Shown here: one piece after another, positions 10,609 to 19,660 of the stretch
Numbering within the stretch: the first letter of the stretch is position 1
Layout of the letters: each line of letters opens with the position of its first letter
DNA from: Candidatus Altimarinota bacterium
Lineage (GTDB): Bacteria; Patescibacteriota; Gracilibacteria; UBA1369; GCA-2718715
Direction of reading: 5' to 3'
DNA: 64,000 nucleotides
Assembly: GCA_041242255.1 (NCBI GenBank)
Contig: JBESAV010000001.1
Location: forward strand, 320,001 to 384,000
The notes under the pieces: model-generated
Seen by the model: only the letters and a program-made list of their open reading frames with translations
The model's database searches: none
What the model was told of the DNA's origin: nothing
Made by a program: the position numbers and the translations under genes

Positions 10609-11763
10609 ATGCTTCTCAACCAACTCCAACTTTCCAATTTCCGTAACCTAAAAGAAGTAGATATAAAGTTAGAGAATCCCTCAGCAATAACGATCTTTCT
10701 AGGAAAAAACGCTAATGGGAAAACTAATCTCCTCGAGTCAATCTACCTTTTATCTTTCCCTAAGTCATTCCGAGGACATAGCTTAACCGACATGATCAAT
10801 TTTGATCAAAATTACTTCAATATCCAAGCCAACTTCACTCAGTCAGATCAAGATTCATCAAACTCAGACCTAGAAAACCAAATCCAAACCAAATCCCTAC
10901 AGTTCGGATACCAAACCAACCCATCTAAAAAAGTTTATCGCCACAACAAAGTCGAGGTAGATTTATCTGATTATATAGTTCACCTTCAGGCTGTAATTTT
11001 CACTCCAGAAGATATCGAGTTAGTCCATGGAAGCCCTCAGGATAGAAGAAAAGCCATAAACCAAATTCTAGGTCAATTCAACGCTGAATACCTAATCAAC
11101 TACTCCAGCTTCCAAAAATGCCTCCGCCAGAGAAACGCTCTTCTCAAAAGAATCCGCTCTAAACAAGCCAAACCCTCAGAACTAGCCTTTTGGAATAACC
11201 AGTTCATCACTCTCGCCAGCAAAATTCACCAAAGTCGTAAAGACCTATTCGAATACTTCCAGTCAGAAATATCTTCAAAGTACAAACACATTTCTGATAA
11301 GGAAGAAAAAATTCAACTCAAGTTTGATTACCATGGCAAACAGTACGAAGCACAATTCGATGAGTATAAAGAAATCATAGAGTTCCAATTAAACTCTCTC
11401 GCTCAAGATGAGGTCAGGCGTGGTTATACATTATGTGGCCCTCAAAAAGATGATTGGGGCTTTTACATTGATAAACTCCCAGCTGATAAATTCGCTTCTA
11501 GAGGGGAAAAGCGAAGCCTAATCCTGGCTTTCAAAATGGTAGAGCTAGATTACCTTCAGTCCAAGACCCAAAGACAACCTATCCTACTTTTAGACGATGT
11601 CTTCTCAGAGTTAGACAAAACTCGCCGAACTAAGCTCCTTGAACTCTGCCAAAATTATCAAACATTTATATCTACAGTAGAAAAATCATATTTTTCCGAA
11701 TCAAACACTCCGATCCAAGTCTACCAAGTTGAGAAGGGGACTGTTTTAAGCTATAATGATTAG
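10609..11763 (+). CDS. recF: DNA replication/repair protein RecF
   Basis: NFRN, Walker A GKNANGKTNLLESI, FTPEDIELVHGSPQDRR, ASRGEKR and LLLDDVFSELD motifs. Confidence 0.96.
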   Translation: MLLNQLQLSNFRNLKEVDIKLENPSAITIFLGKNANGKTNLLESIYLLSFPKSFRGHSLTDMINFDQNYFNIQANFTQSDQDSSNSDLENQIQTKSLQFGYQTNPSKKVYRHNKVEVDLSDYIVHLQAVIFTPEDIELVHGSPQDRRKAINQILGQFNAEYLINYSSFQKCLRQRNALLKRIRSKQAKPSELAFWNNQFITLASKIHQSRKDLFEYFQSEISSKYKHISDKEEKIQLKFDYHGKQYEAQFDEYKEIIEFQLNSLAQDEVRRGYTLCGPQKDDWGFYIDKLPADKFASRGEKRSLILAFKMVELDYLQSKTQRQPILLLDDVFSELDKTRRTKLLELCQNYQTFISTVEKSYFSESNTPIQVYQVEKGTVLSYND

Positions 11764-11778
11764 ATATAAAAAAGCCGA

Positions 11779-12654
11779 GTGTTCCAATCAATACAAGAAT
11801 TCTTTCTGATCAATCAAGAAGCTTTAAAGCTAACAATTTTCTCGAGCTTATTTAGTTTAGTCCCAATTCTAATCTGGGCCACCATTTTCCTATATAAGCA
11901 CAACGAGAAAAGAGAACTCGTAGTGAGAACCTTTGCTTTCGGGGGGCTTATGGTACTCCCTTTTATGTTATACAGAAAACTATGGGATTATTTTCCATTC
12001 TTGAATCTAGACAGTTTAGTTGCCTCATACTCTTCTGAGCCTATTCAGATTCTAAATTTCAGCCTACAAATATCTCTTGCCACAGCAGTTTTATTTGCCA
12101 GTTTAGGGTGCATAGAAGAATTCCTTAAGCACAAAGTAGCCAGTTCAATCGATCACTCAGAGATAAACTGTATCGATGATGCAATTGAATTCAGTATAAT
12201 AGCCGCATTAGGGTTTTCATTTGCAGAAAACACATTCTACTTCATTGAAGTCTGGAAATCCTTTGGTCCTTCCATGTTATATAAAGTAGTTATCTTTAGG
12301 TCCCTTTTTGCAACTTTCGCCCACATCCTCTTCTCAAGTATATATGGTTACCACTTCGGTTTAGCCTTATTTGCTGATCCAATACTAAAAAACCCAAAAG
12401 AACATTCGCTCTACAAGCGTTTATCCTTCTGGATTCATAATTTCTTTCACGTTAGAACCAATATCGTATTTAAGGATTTCCAGATGATATTTGGCCTAAT
12501 AATTGCCTCTTTTTCTCATGGTTTTTATAACATCCTCCTAGAGATGAAAAACACCATATTCCTTTTCCCATTCTTAGTCCTAGGTTTCTCGTATATCATG
12601 AAACTCATCTCAGACGAGAAAAACCTTAAGATTTATACAACTAACGACTCCTAA
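11779..12654 (+). CDS. PrsW-family intramembrane metalloprotease
   Basis: IEEFLKH, LGFSFAENTFY, FAHILFS and SHGFYN motifs in a polytopic protein with a GTG start. Confidence 0.85.
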   Translation: MFQSIQEFFLINQEALKLTIFSSLFSLVPILIWATIFLYKHNEKRELVVRTFAFGGLMVLPFMLYRKLWDYFPFLNLDSLVASYSSEPIQILNFSLQISLATAVLFASLGCIEEFLKHKVASSIDHSEINCIDDAIEFSIIAALGFSFAENTFYFIEVWKSFGPSMLYKVVIFRSLFATFAHILFSSIYGYHFGLALFADPILKNPKEHSLYKRLSFWIHNFFHVRTNIVFKDFQMIFGLIIASFSHGFYNILLEMKNTIFLFPFLVLGFSYIMKLISDEKNLKIYTTNDS

Positions 12655-13930
12655 TTGAAGTGATGTTTGTTGATATATCAGTACAAACAGCATCACAGTA
12701 CTGAACGTTGTCTACAAAACACTCTCCACTTGCCGTAAATCTAACTACCACAGTTTCACTTGGTCTATCTTCTAAAACAGAAGGTATACTCATTACACCA
12801 GCGTTATACTTGTTCAGGTCAAGTGCACCATAACGGTAGAAGTTCGTAATTCGTGGGTGAGAATAATCAATCTCCATTCCACTAAGAATTTCCACTGCAA
12901 AATCAGTCATATCGGGCCATCTAGATTCAAGTACAACAGCTTTTTCAAGATTTCCAGAACCATCAACACCATCAAATCTAATCTGAGTTCTGTTTGGATC
13001 TTCTAACCTATATCTAGTTGCCCCATATTCTAAGCTCAAATCTGGTCGTGATATCATTCCTCCTTGATCAATATGAATTCTAATGTTTGTACTAGCAAAT
13101 CCTGATGTAGATGGTGGATTTAGTACATAATTAATCTCACTGAACAAATAATTAGCTTTGGTTGTCATTGCAGGTGTACATTGTATCCCCATATCAACAG
13201 GCATGTCAGGAGCCATATCCATTCCGGCATCCATTCCCATATCAGCAGGCATATCAGGATCCATGTCCATTCCGGCACCCATTTCCATATCAGCAGGCAT
13301 ATCAGGATCCATGTCCATTCCGGCATCCATTCCCATGTCAGCAGGCATGTCAGGATCCATGTCCATTCCGGCATCCATTCCCATGTCAGCAGGTATATCA
13401 GGATCCATATCCATTCCGGCATCCATTCCCATGTCAGCAGGCATGTCAGGATCCATGTCCATTCCGGCATCCATTCCCATGTCAATAGGCATGTCAATCA
13501 TTGCATTCTCGCAAAATCTTCCCCCCTCCATTTTATACTGTTCTTCAAGTTCTTTAATTTGACCTTCAGGACATTGTTCAACAATACACATTGGAGTTCC
13601 CATATCACTCGTATACTGAGGAGCACGTTCATCAGGGCAAACATCTACCATGTCTGAACAAAAAGAACCTTCTCCCGCCTTACGAAACTCTTCATCTTGC
13701 TCTTCAAATCCATCTTTTTCACATAAAACTCTCAAACATAAGTTCTTTCCATCCTCTACTTTAAACGGAGTTCTATCATCAGGGCACTCTCCCAAAACAT
13801 TATCAAAAGCTTTTGAATCATATTCACATGAAGCAAGAGCTCCAGTAAGACTCATAAGCAGTATTAAGGCGTTTTTTTGTGGAAATTCAAATTTATCTCT
13901 AAATCTATCAATTCTTTCAAAATTATTCAT
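12641..13930 (-). CDS. Predicted lipoprotein with Cys-rich modules, Asp/Met tandem repeats and a C-terminal domain
   Basis: Lipobox-like LASC and six DMGMDAGMDMDPDMPA units. The C-terminal domain is paralogous to 13923-14921. Confidence 0.8.
   Translation of the reverse strand: MNNFERIDRFRDKFEFPQKNALILLMSLTGALASCEYDSKAFDNVLGECPDDRTPFKVEDGKNLCLRVLCEKDGFEEQDEEFRKAGEGSFCSDMVDVCPDERAPQYTSDMGTPMCIVEQCPEGQIKELEEQYKMEGGRFCENAMIDMPIDMGMDAGMDMDPDMPADMGMDAGMDMDPDIPADMGMDAGMDMDPDMPADMGMDAGMDMDPDMPADMEMGAGMDMDPDMPADMGMDAGMDMAPDMPVDMGIQCTPAMTTKANYLFSEINYVLNPPSTSGFASTNIRIHIDQGGMISRPDLSLEYGATRYRLEDPNRTQIRFDGVDGSGNLEKAVVLESRWPDMTDFAVEILSGMEIDYSHPRITNFYRYGALDLNKYNAGVMSIPSVLEDRPSETVVVRFTASGECFVDNVQYCDAVCTDISTNITSIRSR
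13190..13496. repeat. Intragenic tandem repeat, 48-bp unit, 6 copies plus a partial copy
   Basis: The unit catatcagcaggcatatcaggatccatgtccattccggcatccattcc repeats with few substitutions. Confidence 0.95.
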
Positions 13931-14921
13931 TAGTAAGAAGATTATATTGATTAGTCAGTGAATTACATAGACTCTCACAGTATTCTACTCCATCTACAAC
14001 ACATACTCCAGCAGCAGGAAATTCTATAACAGTAGATCCATTATAAGTCATACTACTTGGAATACTTTTGGTTCCTGAGTTTACAATACTTAAATCTAAA
14101 GCACCATAATTTTCAATCTCTATAACTCCAGGCATCGCTCTGTTGATAACAAAACCTTCATTCAGTTCAATAGCCACATCAGACATATCAGGCTGATTTA
14201 CAGTAATCACAGTTATAAAATCTGCATTGTTAAACCTAAGCTGAGTTCTGTCAGTTGCTAGCTTATATCTATTCGCACCTTCAATCATAAAGTCTTCCCT
14301 TACATTTCCTCCATTCGCATCTTGGTATACAACTCTAACATCAGGAGAGACATAACTATCAGTACTTGGTGGATTTAAAGCTTTGTTAATCTGGTCATTA
14401 ATTAACTGTGTTTTGCTAGTCATTTCATCTGTACACACAATAGGCATAAACATATCGATCTCCATATCAGGAGTCATATCCATTCCAGCGTCCATTCCCA
14501 TATCCATATCAGCAGGCAAATCAGGAGTCATATCCATTCCAGCATCCATTCCCATATCAATAGGCATATCAGGAGTCATATCTATTCCAGCATCCATTCC
14601 CATATCAGCAGGCATATCAGGAGCCATGTCCATTCCAGCGTCCACTCCCATATCTGGAGAGCTCCCAGTACAAACTTTATAATCATTGAAATTAGTTTCT
14701 TCACTTGGTAGACAGCTATCATCAGCTCTACAATACTCAGTACCATCTTCTTCAGTCCCATATGGTTCTACCTCTTTTTCATTACAAGGTGCTTTTTCAA
14801 ACTCAGGGTAAGCAGTATGTAAAAACAAACATGCTTGTGACTGACTTAATGCAGCTAGTAGCATTAACCTTTGCATAAAAGGGCTAACCTTTACTCCACT
14901 CATTTTTTCTAATCTATTCAT
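13923..14921 (-). CDS. Paralogous predicted lipoprotein/exported protein with Asp/Met repeats
   Basis: Hydrophobic leader ending SQAC and about four DMGMDAGMDMTPDMP units. It shares CT..MT.K...IN..LNPPST, RY.L...RTQ.RF and YGALDL motifs with the downstream gene. Confidence 0.8.
   Translation of the reverse strand: MNRLEKMSGVKVSPFMQRLMLLAALSQSQACLFLHTAYPEFEKAPCNEKEVEPYGTEEDGTEYCRADDSCLPSEETNFNDYKVCTGSSPDMGVDAGMDMAPDMPADMGMDAGIDMTPDMPIDMGMDAGMDMTPDLPADMDMGMDAGMDMTPDMEIDMFMPIVCTDEMTSKTQLINDQINKALNPPSTDSYVSPDVRVVYQDANGGNVREDFMIEGANRYKLATDRTQLRFNNADFITVITVNQPDMSDVAIELNEGFVINRAMPGVIEIENYGALDLSIVNSGTKSIPSSMTYNGSTVIEFPAAGVCVVDGVEYCESLCNSLTNQYNLLTNE
14451..14655. repeat. Intragenic degenerate ~48-bp tandem repeat, about 4 copies
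   Basis: Recurring tcaggagtcatatccattccagcatccattcccatatc units related to the 13190-13496 repeat. Confidence 0.85.
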
Positions 14922-14943
14922 AATGAATAATTAACTTTGCCAT

Positions 14944-14971
14944 ATATTAATCGTATTTTAAGTTTTGTCAA
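14944..14971 (-). promoter_or_regulatory. Sigma70-like promoter for the repeat-protein pair
   Basis: TTGACA-16 nt-TAATAT on the minus strand just upstream of 14921. Confidence 0.55.
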
Positions 14972-15003
14972 GTGGTGGTAGATAGGTCAATTCATACAAA
15001 TAT

Positions 15004-15037
15004 AAAAAAAGACCCCATCTCAACACGGGATCTTTTT
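15004..15037 (-). terminator. Rho-independent terminator after rplL
   Basis: Minus strand AAAAAGATCCC-loop-GGGGTCTTTTTTT. Confidence 0.8.
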
Positions 15038-15059
15038 ACATCTTTAAGAAAAGAGAAAA

Positions 15060-15461
15060 CTATTTAAGTTCAACAGTTGCTCCAGCTTCTTCAAGTTGTT
15101 TTTTAAGCTCTTCAGCTTCAGCAGTATCAACACCTTCTTTAACTGCTTTAGGTGCTCCATCAACAAGTTCTTTAGCCTCTTTTAGACCAAGACCAGTGAT
15201 TTCTCTTACAGCTTTAATTACTGCAATTTTTTGACCTCCAGCAGCAGCAAGAACTACGTCTTTCTTACCGCTGTCAGCAGCACCAGCGTCTCCACCAGCT
15301 GCAGGAGCAGCCATAGCTACAGGGGCAGCAGCAGATACACCGAATTCTTCTTCCATTACTTTAACTAGGTCAGCTAGTTCTAAAACGCTAAGTTTTTTAA
15401 CCGCGTCTAGGATAGATTGAGCGTCTTTACTCAATTCTGGTAATTTTTTTTCGTCAGACAT
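15060..15461 (-). CDS. rplL: 50S ribosomal protein L7/L12
   Basis: [34 protein letters not shown] and [11 protein letters not shown] motifs. Confidence 0.99.
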   Translation of the reverse strand: MSDEKKLPELSKDAQSILDAVKKLSVLELADLVKVMEEEFGVSAAAPVAMAAPAAGGDAGAADSGKKDVVLAAAGGQKIAVIKAVREITGLGLKEAKELVDGAPKAVKEGVDTAEAEELKKQLEEAGATVELK

Positions 15462-15502
15462 GATTTAAAATTAATATTTTATAAAATTTATAGAAAATTA
15501 GG

Positions 15503-16027
15503 TTATTCACCTTTATCAGCAATAGCTTGAAGTGTACCAACAAACTGTCGCATTGTACCGTGTAGAACACCGTGGAATCCTGAGATTGGAGCGTTGAGAC
15601 TTCCGACAAGACTCGCGTATAGTTCTGATCTGGTAGGAGTGTTTGCATATAAAACTGCTTTTTCTCTACCAAAAGCCTTACCTTCCATGATACCACCAGT
15701 AAGTGATAGTTGTTCATGGTCTTTAGCAAGACTATGGATTTGTTGTGGTCCAGATAAACCTTCATCGTAACTAAAAACAGCAGCAATAGGTCCTTCCATC
15801 ACATCATCTGGAATTTCAGAGACACCATTCTTGTCAGCTGCAAGCTTGATCAAAGTTTTCTTAGCCACAACAAGCTCAGCACCTTCTTCTCTAAGAGCGT
15901 TTCTAACTTTAGTAACGTCTTGAACTGAAAGTCCAGAGTATTGAGTGAAAAAAACAGATTTAGCATCCCCAAACTTTTGCTCTAGTGAGGCAAGAATTTC
16001 CTTTTTTCTATCTTTTGAGATAGCCAT
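15503..16027 (-). CDS. rplJ: 50S ribosomal protein L10
   Basis: YSGLSVQDVTKVRNALR and VAKKTLIKLA motifs, directly upstream of rplL. Confidence 0.97.
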   Translation of the reverse strand: MAISKDRKKEILASLEQKFGDAKSVFFTQYSGLSVQDVTKVRNALREEGAELVVAKKTLIKLAADKNGVSEIPDDVMEGPIAAVFSYDEGLSGPQQIHSLAKDHEQLSLTGGIMEGKAFGREKAVLYANTPTRSELYASLVGSLNAPISGFHGVLHGTMRQFVGTLQAIADKGE

Positions 16028-16052
16028 GAGAAGCTAAATTAAAAAATCTACT

Positions 16053-16155
16053 GTCGTAGACTTCCGAGTACCTGAGAAACAAATGTTTCCGGCCAGCCTT
16101 TAAACTTATCTCGGCAGGTTTTACAGCCCAAAGGGTCATACCTACTGTCTACGAC
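16053..16155 (-). ncRNA. L10 leader (rplJ autoregulatory RNA)
   Basis: Minus strand AGACAGTAGG...CCTGCCGAG core enclosed by a GTCGTAGAC/GTCTACGAC stem in the 5' UTR of rplJ. It matches the known L10 leader pattern. Confidence 0.8.
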
Positions 16156-16161
16156 GCGGTC

Positions 16162-16190
16162 AATATATATACATTTGATTACCCCGTCAA
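16162..16190 (-). promoter_or_regulatory. Sigma70 promoter of rplJ-rplL
   Basis: TTGACG-17 nt-TATATT on the minus strand. Confidence 0.65.
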
Positions 16191-16273
16191 GACTTATTCT
16201 TTTTCTTATAACCAAATACTTACTTTTACTACTAATTATGGTACAATATATAGATATTATTAATTTGGGATGA

Positions 16274-17569
16274 ATGACTGACCAAAATCTGACTCCAGAA
16301 AACAACAAGAAATCTCTGTTTAGTACCGAGAGTAAATCAGCTAATCAGGCCGATTTAAATGAGCTTGGTTTTGATTCATCGATTCAACAAGTAGAACAGG
16401 GGGCTCAACCCAAAAATCCAAAAGACTTCTTTAAGACAGACAACGATACGGTGATTAAGAACATAGTTGAAAACAAAATTAATCCCAATAAAAACAAATC
16501 ATTCACCGAAAGCAATAAAGATCTATTGGATGAATTCTCTGAAATAGATAAAAGGCTAAACCTCAAGATAGATTCCTTAGAGGTTATTCAGCAAAAAAAG
16601 AAAACCTCTAGGTTAATTTTTCTGATCTTATTAGTTTTTGCTGCTATTTCAATTACCGCAGCACTTTATTTTAATGGAGCATTCTCTGATCAAGATGTAG
16701 AAACTCCACTTGAACAAGCTCAAGCTCAGTTTTGGCAAATCAAATCTGAATTAGTCCTAAACCAAACTAAGCAAGCTTCTATTCTTATCAACCAGTTAGC
16801 ATTCCAAGCTTCAGAATTCCAAAAACTATACAATCAATCAATATCCGAGTTTGAGTCTTCAAGCAATCAAAACTCAGCTAAACAAGAGCTTCAATCTAAG
16901 CAAACTCAAATCAACCAAACTCTCACTGAGTTAAAAGATGTTTTATCAAAAGCACAGTCAAACTATGGAAGTAACGAAGAATTCCACGAAGCTTACGTAG
17001 AATATATAGCAAGCCAACTTGCCAATCTTGACCCAGAGGCAAATTCAGCAAGTCTTAGTTTACTTGAGTCAGAACAACTATTACGAGATAGCTCTAAGTT
17101 AGTTCGAAACCAAGATTTATTAGCTTCTATCAATCAAGCTAATCTTACTCAACAAACTCAAGCTGATCTTCTTGAAACTTTACGATCAATTTTTAGAACA
17201 ACCAACTTAAACTACGTGACAGACCTTGCAAACTTTACTTTAACAAGAATAGAGCTGACCAGAATTTTCTCTGAGTTATCCAAGATAGCAACCGAGTTCG
17301 ATCCTAATTTCTCACCATTCAATATTAGTGAGAATTCAATGATAAATTTCAATAACTACACAATCACCGCCAACAATACAGTAAGTGTAACTGCTGATAT
17401 TCAGACATCTGATCAAAATCTATTCTCGCTTGTAGCCAACCTTGATGATGCAATCAGTAATTCTCCACTATTTCAAAATATTTCTCGAACAACTTATTCC
17501 AAAAACCTTTCCCCAGAGGGGGAGTTCACCTCAAGCGTAAACTTAGACATTAATCTAGAAGAGCTATAA
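16274..17569 (+). CDS. PilN-like type IV pilus alignment protein (extended)
   Basis: Single TM, long coiled coil and a C-terminal alpha/beta domain (VSVTAD...SPLFQNI). It is the first gene of the pilus cluster. Confidence 0.55.
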   Translation: MTDQNLTPENNKKSLFSTESKSANQADLNELGFDSSIQQVEQGAQPKNPKDFFKTDNDTVIKNIVENKINPNKNKSFTESNKDLLDEFSEIDKRLNLKIDSLEVIQQKKKTSRLIFLILLVFAAISITAALYFNGAFSDQDVETPLEQAQAQFWQIKSELVLNQTKQASILINQLAFQASEFQKLYNQSISEFESSSNQNSAKQELQSKQTQINQTLTELKDVLSKAQSNYGSNEEFHEAYVEYIASQLANLDPEANSASLSLLESEQLLRDSSKLVRNQDLLASINQANLTQQTQADLLETLRSIFRTTNLNYVTDLANFTLTRIELTRIFSELSKIATEFDPNFSPFNISENSMINFNNYTITANNTVSVTADIQTSDQNLFSLVANLDDAISNSPLFQNISRTTYSKNLSPEGEFTSSVNLDINLEEL

Positions 17570-18174
17570 TGGCATTAGAAAAAGCACAAAAAGAAAGATT
17601 AGTTGCAATCATTTACACAGTTTCAGCTGTAGTACTTGGTTTAGTGGCAATTTTCATGCTGTTTTCAGCCTTTCAATCTGTCCAATCTCAAAGAAAGCAG
17701 ATTGAAGCCCTACAAGCTCAAGCTCAAACAACTCAAACAGAAATTCTCGAGCTTACCAGGCAGATTAAAACTTCAAAAGAAAGTGCGGAAGCTTTCATTC
17801 CATCTAACTTCGAAGAATTCTTCAATCCTGATACATCTAATAGTCAACTCACAAGAATGTTTGATGAATTAGAAACAAGATACCAGTCAAATGGCCAAAC
17901 TTTCTTAATAAACTCAATCAGTTATGGACAAGCCACATCTTCAGATGAGTCTCAGACTCAAGCCGTAAGAGCTAATCTATCTCTATCAACCTCTCAGGAA
18001 AATCTTTTAACATTCCTTAGGGATATCGAAAAGACTAGTCTTTCCCCTGAAGAAGCCTTTTATTACTTGGATCCTCAATCACTGAATTTTTCAAATGTAA
18101 CTGCCGATACCATTGGAGAAGAAATCAGTGTTGATCTACAAGTAGATATATTACTCAGAAAAAACAATGGATAA
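17569..18174 (+). CDS. PilO-like type IV pilus alignment protein
   Basis: N-terminal TM, coiled coil and a LLTFLRDIEK segment. It lies between the PilN-like gene and PilB. Confidence 0.6.
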   Translation: MALEKAQKERLVAIIYTVSAVVLGLVAIFMLFSAFQSVQSQRKQIEALQAQAQTTQTEILELTRQIKTSKESAEAFIPSNFEEFFNPDTSNSQLTRMFDELETRYQSNGQTFLINSISYGQATSSDESQTQAVRANLSLSTSQENLLTFLRDIEKTSLSPEEAFYYLDPQSLNFSNVTADTIGEEISVDLQVDILLRKNNG

Positions 18175-19660
18175 TCAAAACTTTAATCAGTCTCAGCAAG
18201 CTCAAAGTCCAGCTAACCCTGGGTTGACACCTCCTACACCACCTTCTCTTCAACCTACACAACCAAACCCACAGTCAGCCCAACCAAATCAACCTGATCC
18301 CCAACCTCAAATGCCTCAACCACAGCCAGTTTCTCAGCAGGCTCAAGCTCAACAATCTCCAGCCCCTAGCCAACCTCAACCACAAAAACCAATCCCAGTT
18401 CAAGATTCCCTGGAGGATAATCCTAAGTTTAATGATCTTAAAAGAGCTATTTTAAGTAACAATGTCCCACAAATAGTCCTTTTGATAATAAGTTTAGCCT
18501 TAGACCTCAGAGCATCTGATATCCACATAGAGCCACTGGAAGATATTGTTCGGATTAGATATAGAGTAGATGGAGTACTTCAAAAAATCGTTGAATACCC
18601 AATGAATGTGCATCCAGCAGTAGTTTCCAGAATTAAGATCATGTCTAGTCTTAAGATAGATGAGTCTCGTATTCCACAAGATGGACGTACCAATGTGACT
18701 ACTCAAGATGGTAGAGAGATGGATTTAAGGGTCTCAACTTTCCCAACAGTAAATACTGAAAAGATCGTGATGCGTATCCAAGATAAATCCCGTGAAATTC
18801 CACAACTAGAAAAACTAGGTATTACAGGTAATAGTCTTAAGTTCCTAAACAGAGCTCTAAAAATGCCAAATGGTATTATCCTAACGTCTGGTCCAACCGG
18901 TTCAGGTAAAACTACCACATTATATGCTTGTTTAACCAAGCTTAATAAAGTCGGAGTAAATATCCTTACAATTGAAGATCCAGTTGAGATTCAGCTTGAT
19001 GGTTTAAATCAATCTCAGGTGAAAAGTGATATTGGGTATAAGTTTTCAACCGGTCTAAGGTCGGCTTTACGTCAGGATCCAGATATCATGATGGTAGGGG
19101 AGATTCGTGATAAAGAAACTATAAACGTAGCAATCGAGTCAGCTCTTACAGGTCATTTGGTCTTCTCAACTATTCATACCAATAGTGCCGTAGAAACTCT
19201 TACTCGTATTCTAAATATGGGAGTTCCAGCTTATTTAATAGCTTCAACAGTCGATACTATCATCGCTCAAAGATTGGTCCGACTACTCGATCCAGAAACA
19301 AGAGTTGTTGATACTCCTTCAGCCGAAGTTCTAGAAGCAGCTAAGAAAGCAATCGAAACCCTTCCAGACTCAGAAAAAGCTAATTATCCAAACATTGATT
19401 TTGAAAACCCAGTTTTCTATAAACCAGACCCAAGACTTCCAGATGGAAAGGGTTATAAGGGAAGAGTTGGTCTATACGAGATAATGTCCTTTAATCAAAG
19501 ACTCAAAAACGCTGTCTTGCAAGGGAAAAACACTCTTGAAATTCAGCAAATCGCCCAGGAAGAAGGTATGGTTACTTTAGAGCAATCCGGAGTTATCAGA
19601 GCTCTAGAAGGTAAGACCTCTCTTAGTGAAGTTTACCGTGTAGCTAACCAATCTGACTGA
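18167..19660 (+). CDS. pilB: PilB/GspE-family pilus assembly ATPase
   Basis: ASDIHIEP, RYRVDG, PQDGR, Walker A GPTGSGKTTT, TIEDPVE, LRQDPD, GEIRD and TGHLVFSTIHTN motifs. Confidence 0.95.
   Translation: MDNQNFNQSQQAQSPANPGLTPPTPPSLQPTQPNPQSAQPNQPDPQPQMPQPQPVSQQAQAQQSPAPSQPQPQKPIPVQDSLEDNPKFNDLKRAILSNNVPQIVLLIISLALDLRASDIHIEPLEDIVRIRYRVDGVLQKIVEYPMNVHPAVVSRIKIMSSLKIDESRIPQDGRTNVTTQDGREMDLRVSTFPTVNTEKIVMRIQDKSREIPQLEKLGITGNSLKFLNRALKMPNGIILTSGPTGSGKTTTLYACLTKLNKVGVNILTIEDPVEIQLDGLNQSQVKSDIGYKFSTGLRSALRQDPDIMMVGEIRDKETINVAIESALTGHLVFSTIHTNSAVETLTRILNMGVPAYLIASTVDTIIAQRLVRLLDPETRVVDTPSAEVLEAAKKAIETLPDSEKANYPNIDFENPVFYKPDPRLPDGKGYKGRVGLYEIMSFNQRLKNAVLQGKNTLEIQQIAQEEGMVTLEQSGVIRALEGKTSLSEVYRVANQSD

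Noticed and set aside
13190-13496. Regular repeats as a possible CRISPR array
   Set aside because: The units are contiguous 48-bp tandem copies with no unique spacers, are in frame within a CDS, and no cas genes are present.
13158-13657. Alternative-frame ORFs over the repeat (His-rich, Cys/Pro-rich, Trp-rich)
   Set aside because: They are by-products of a stop-free tandem repeat. Only the 12641-13930 frame has a signal, a paralogue and flanking domains.
16048-16308. 86-aa ORF upstream of rplJ
   Set aside because: It overlaps the L10 leader, the promoter and the start of the divergent gene, and has no protein-like features.
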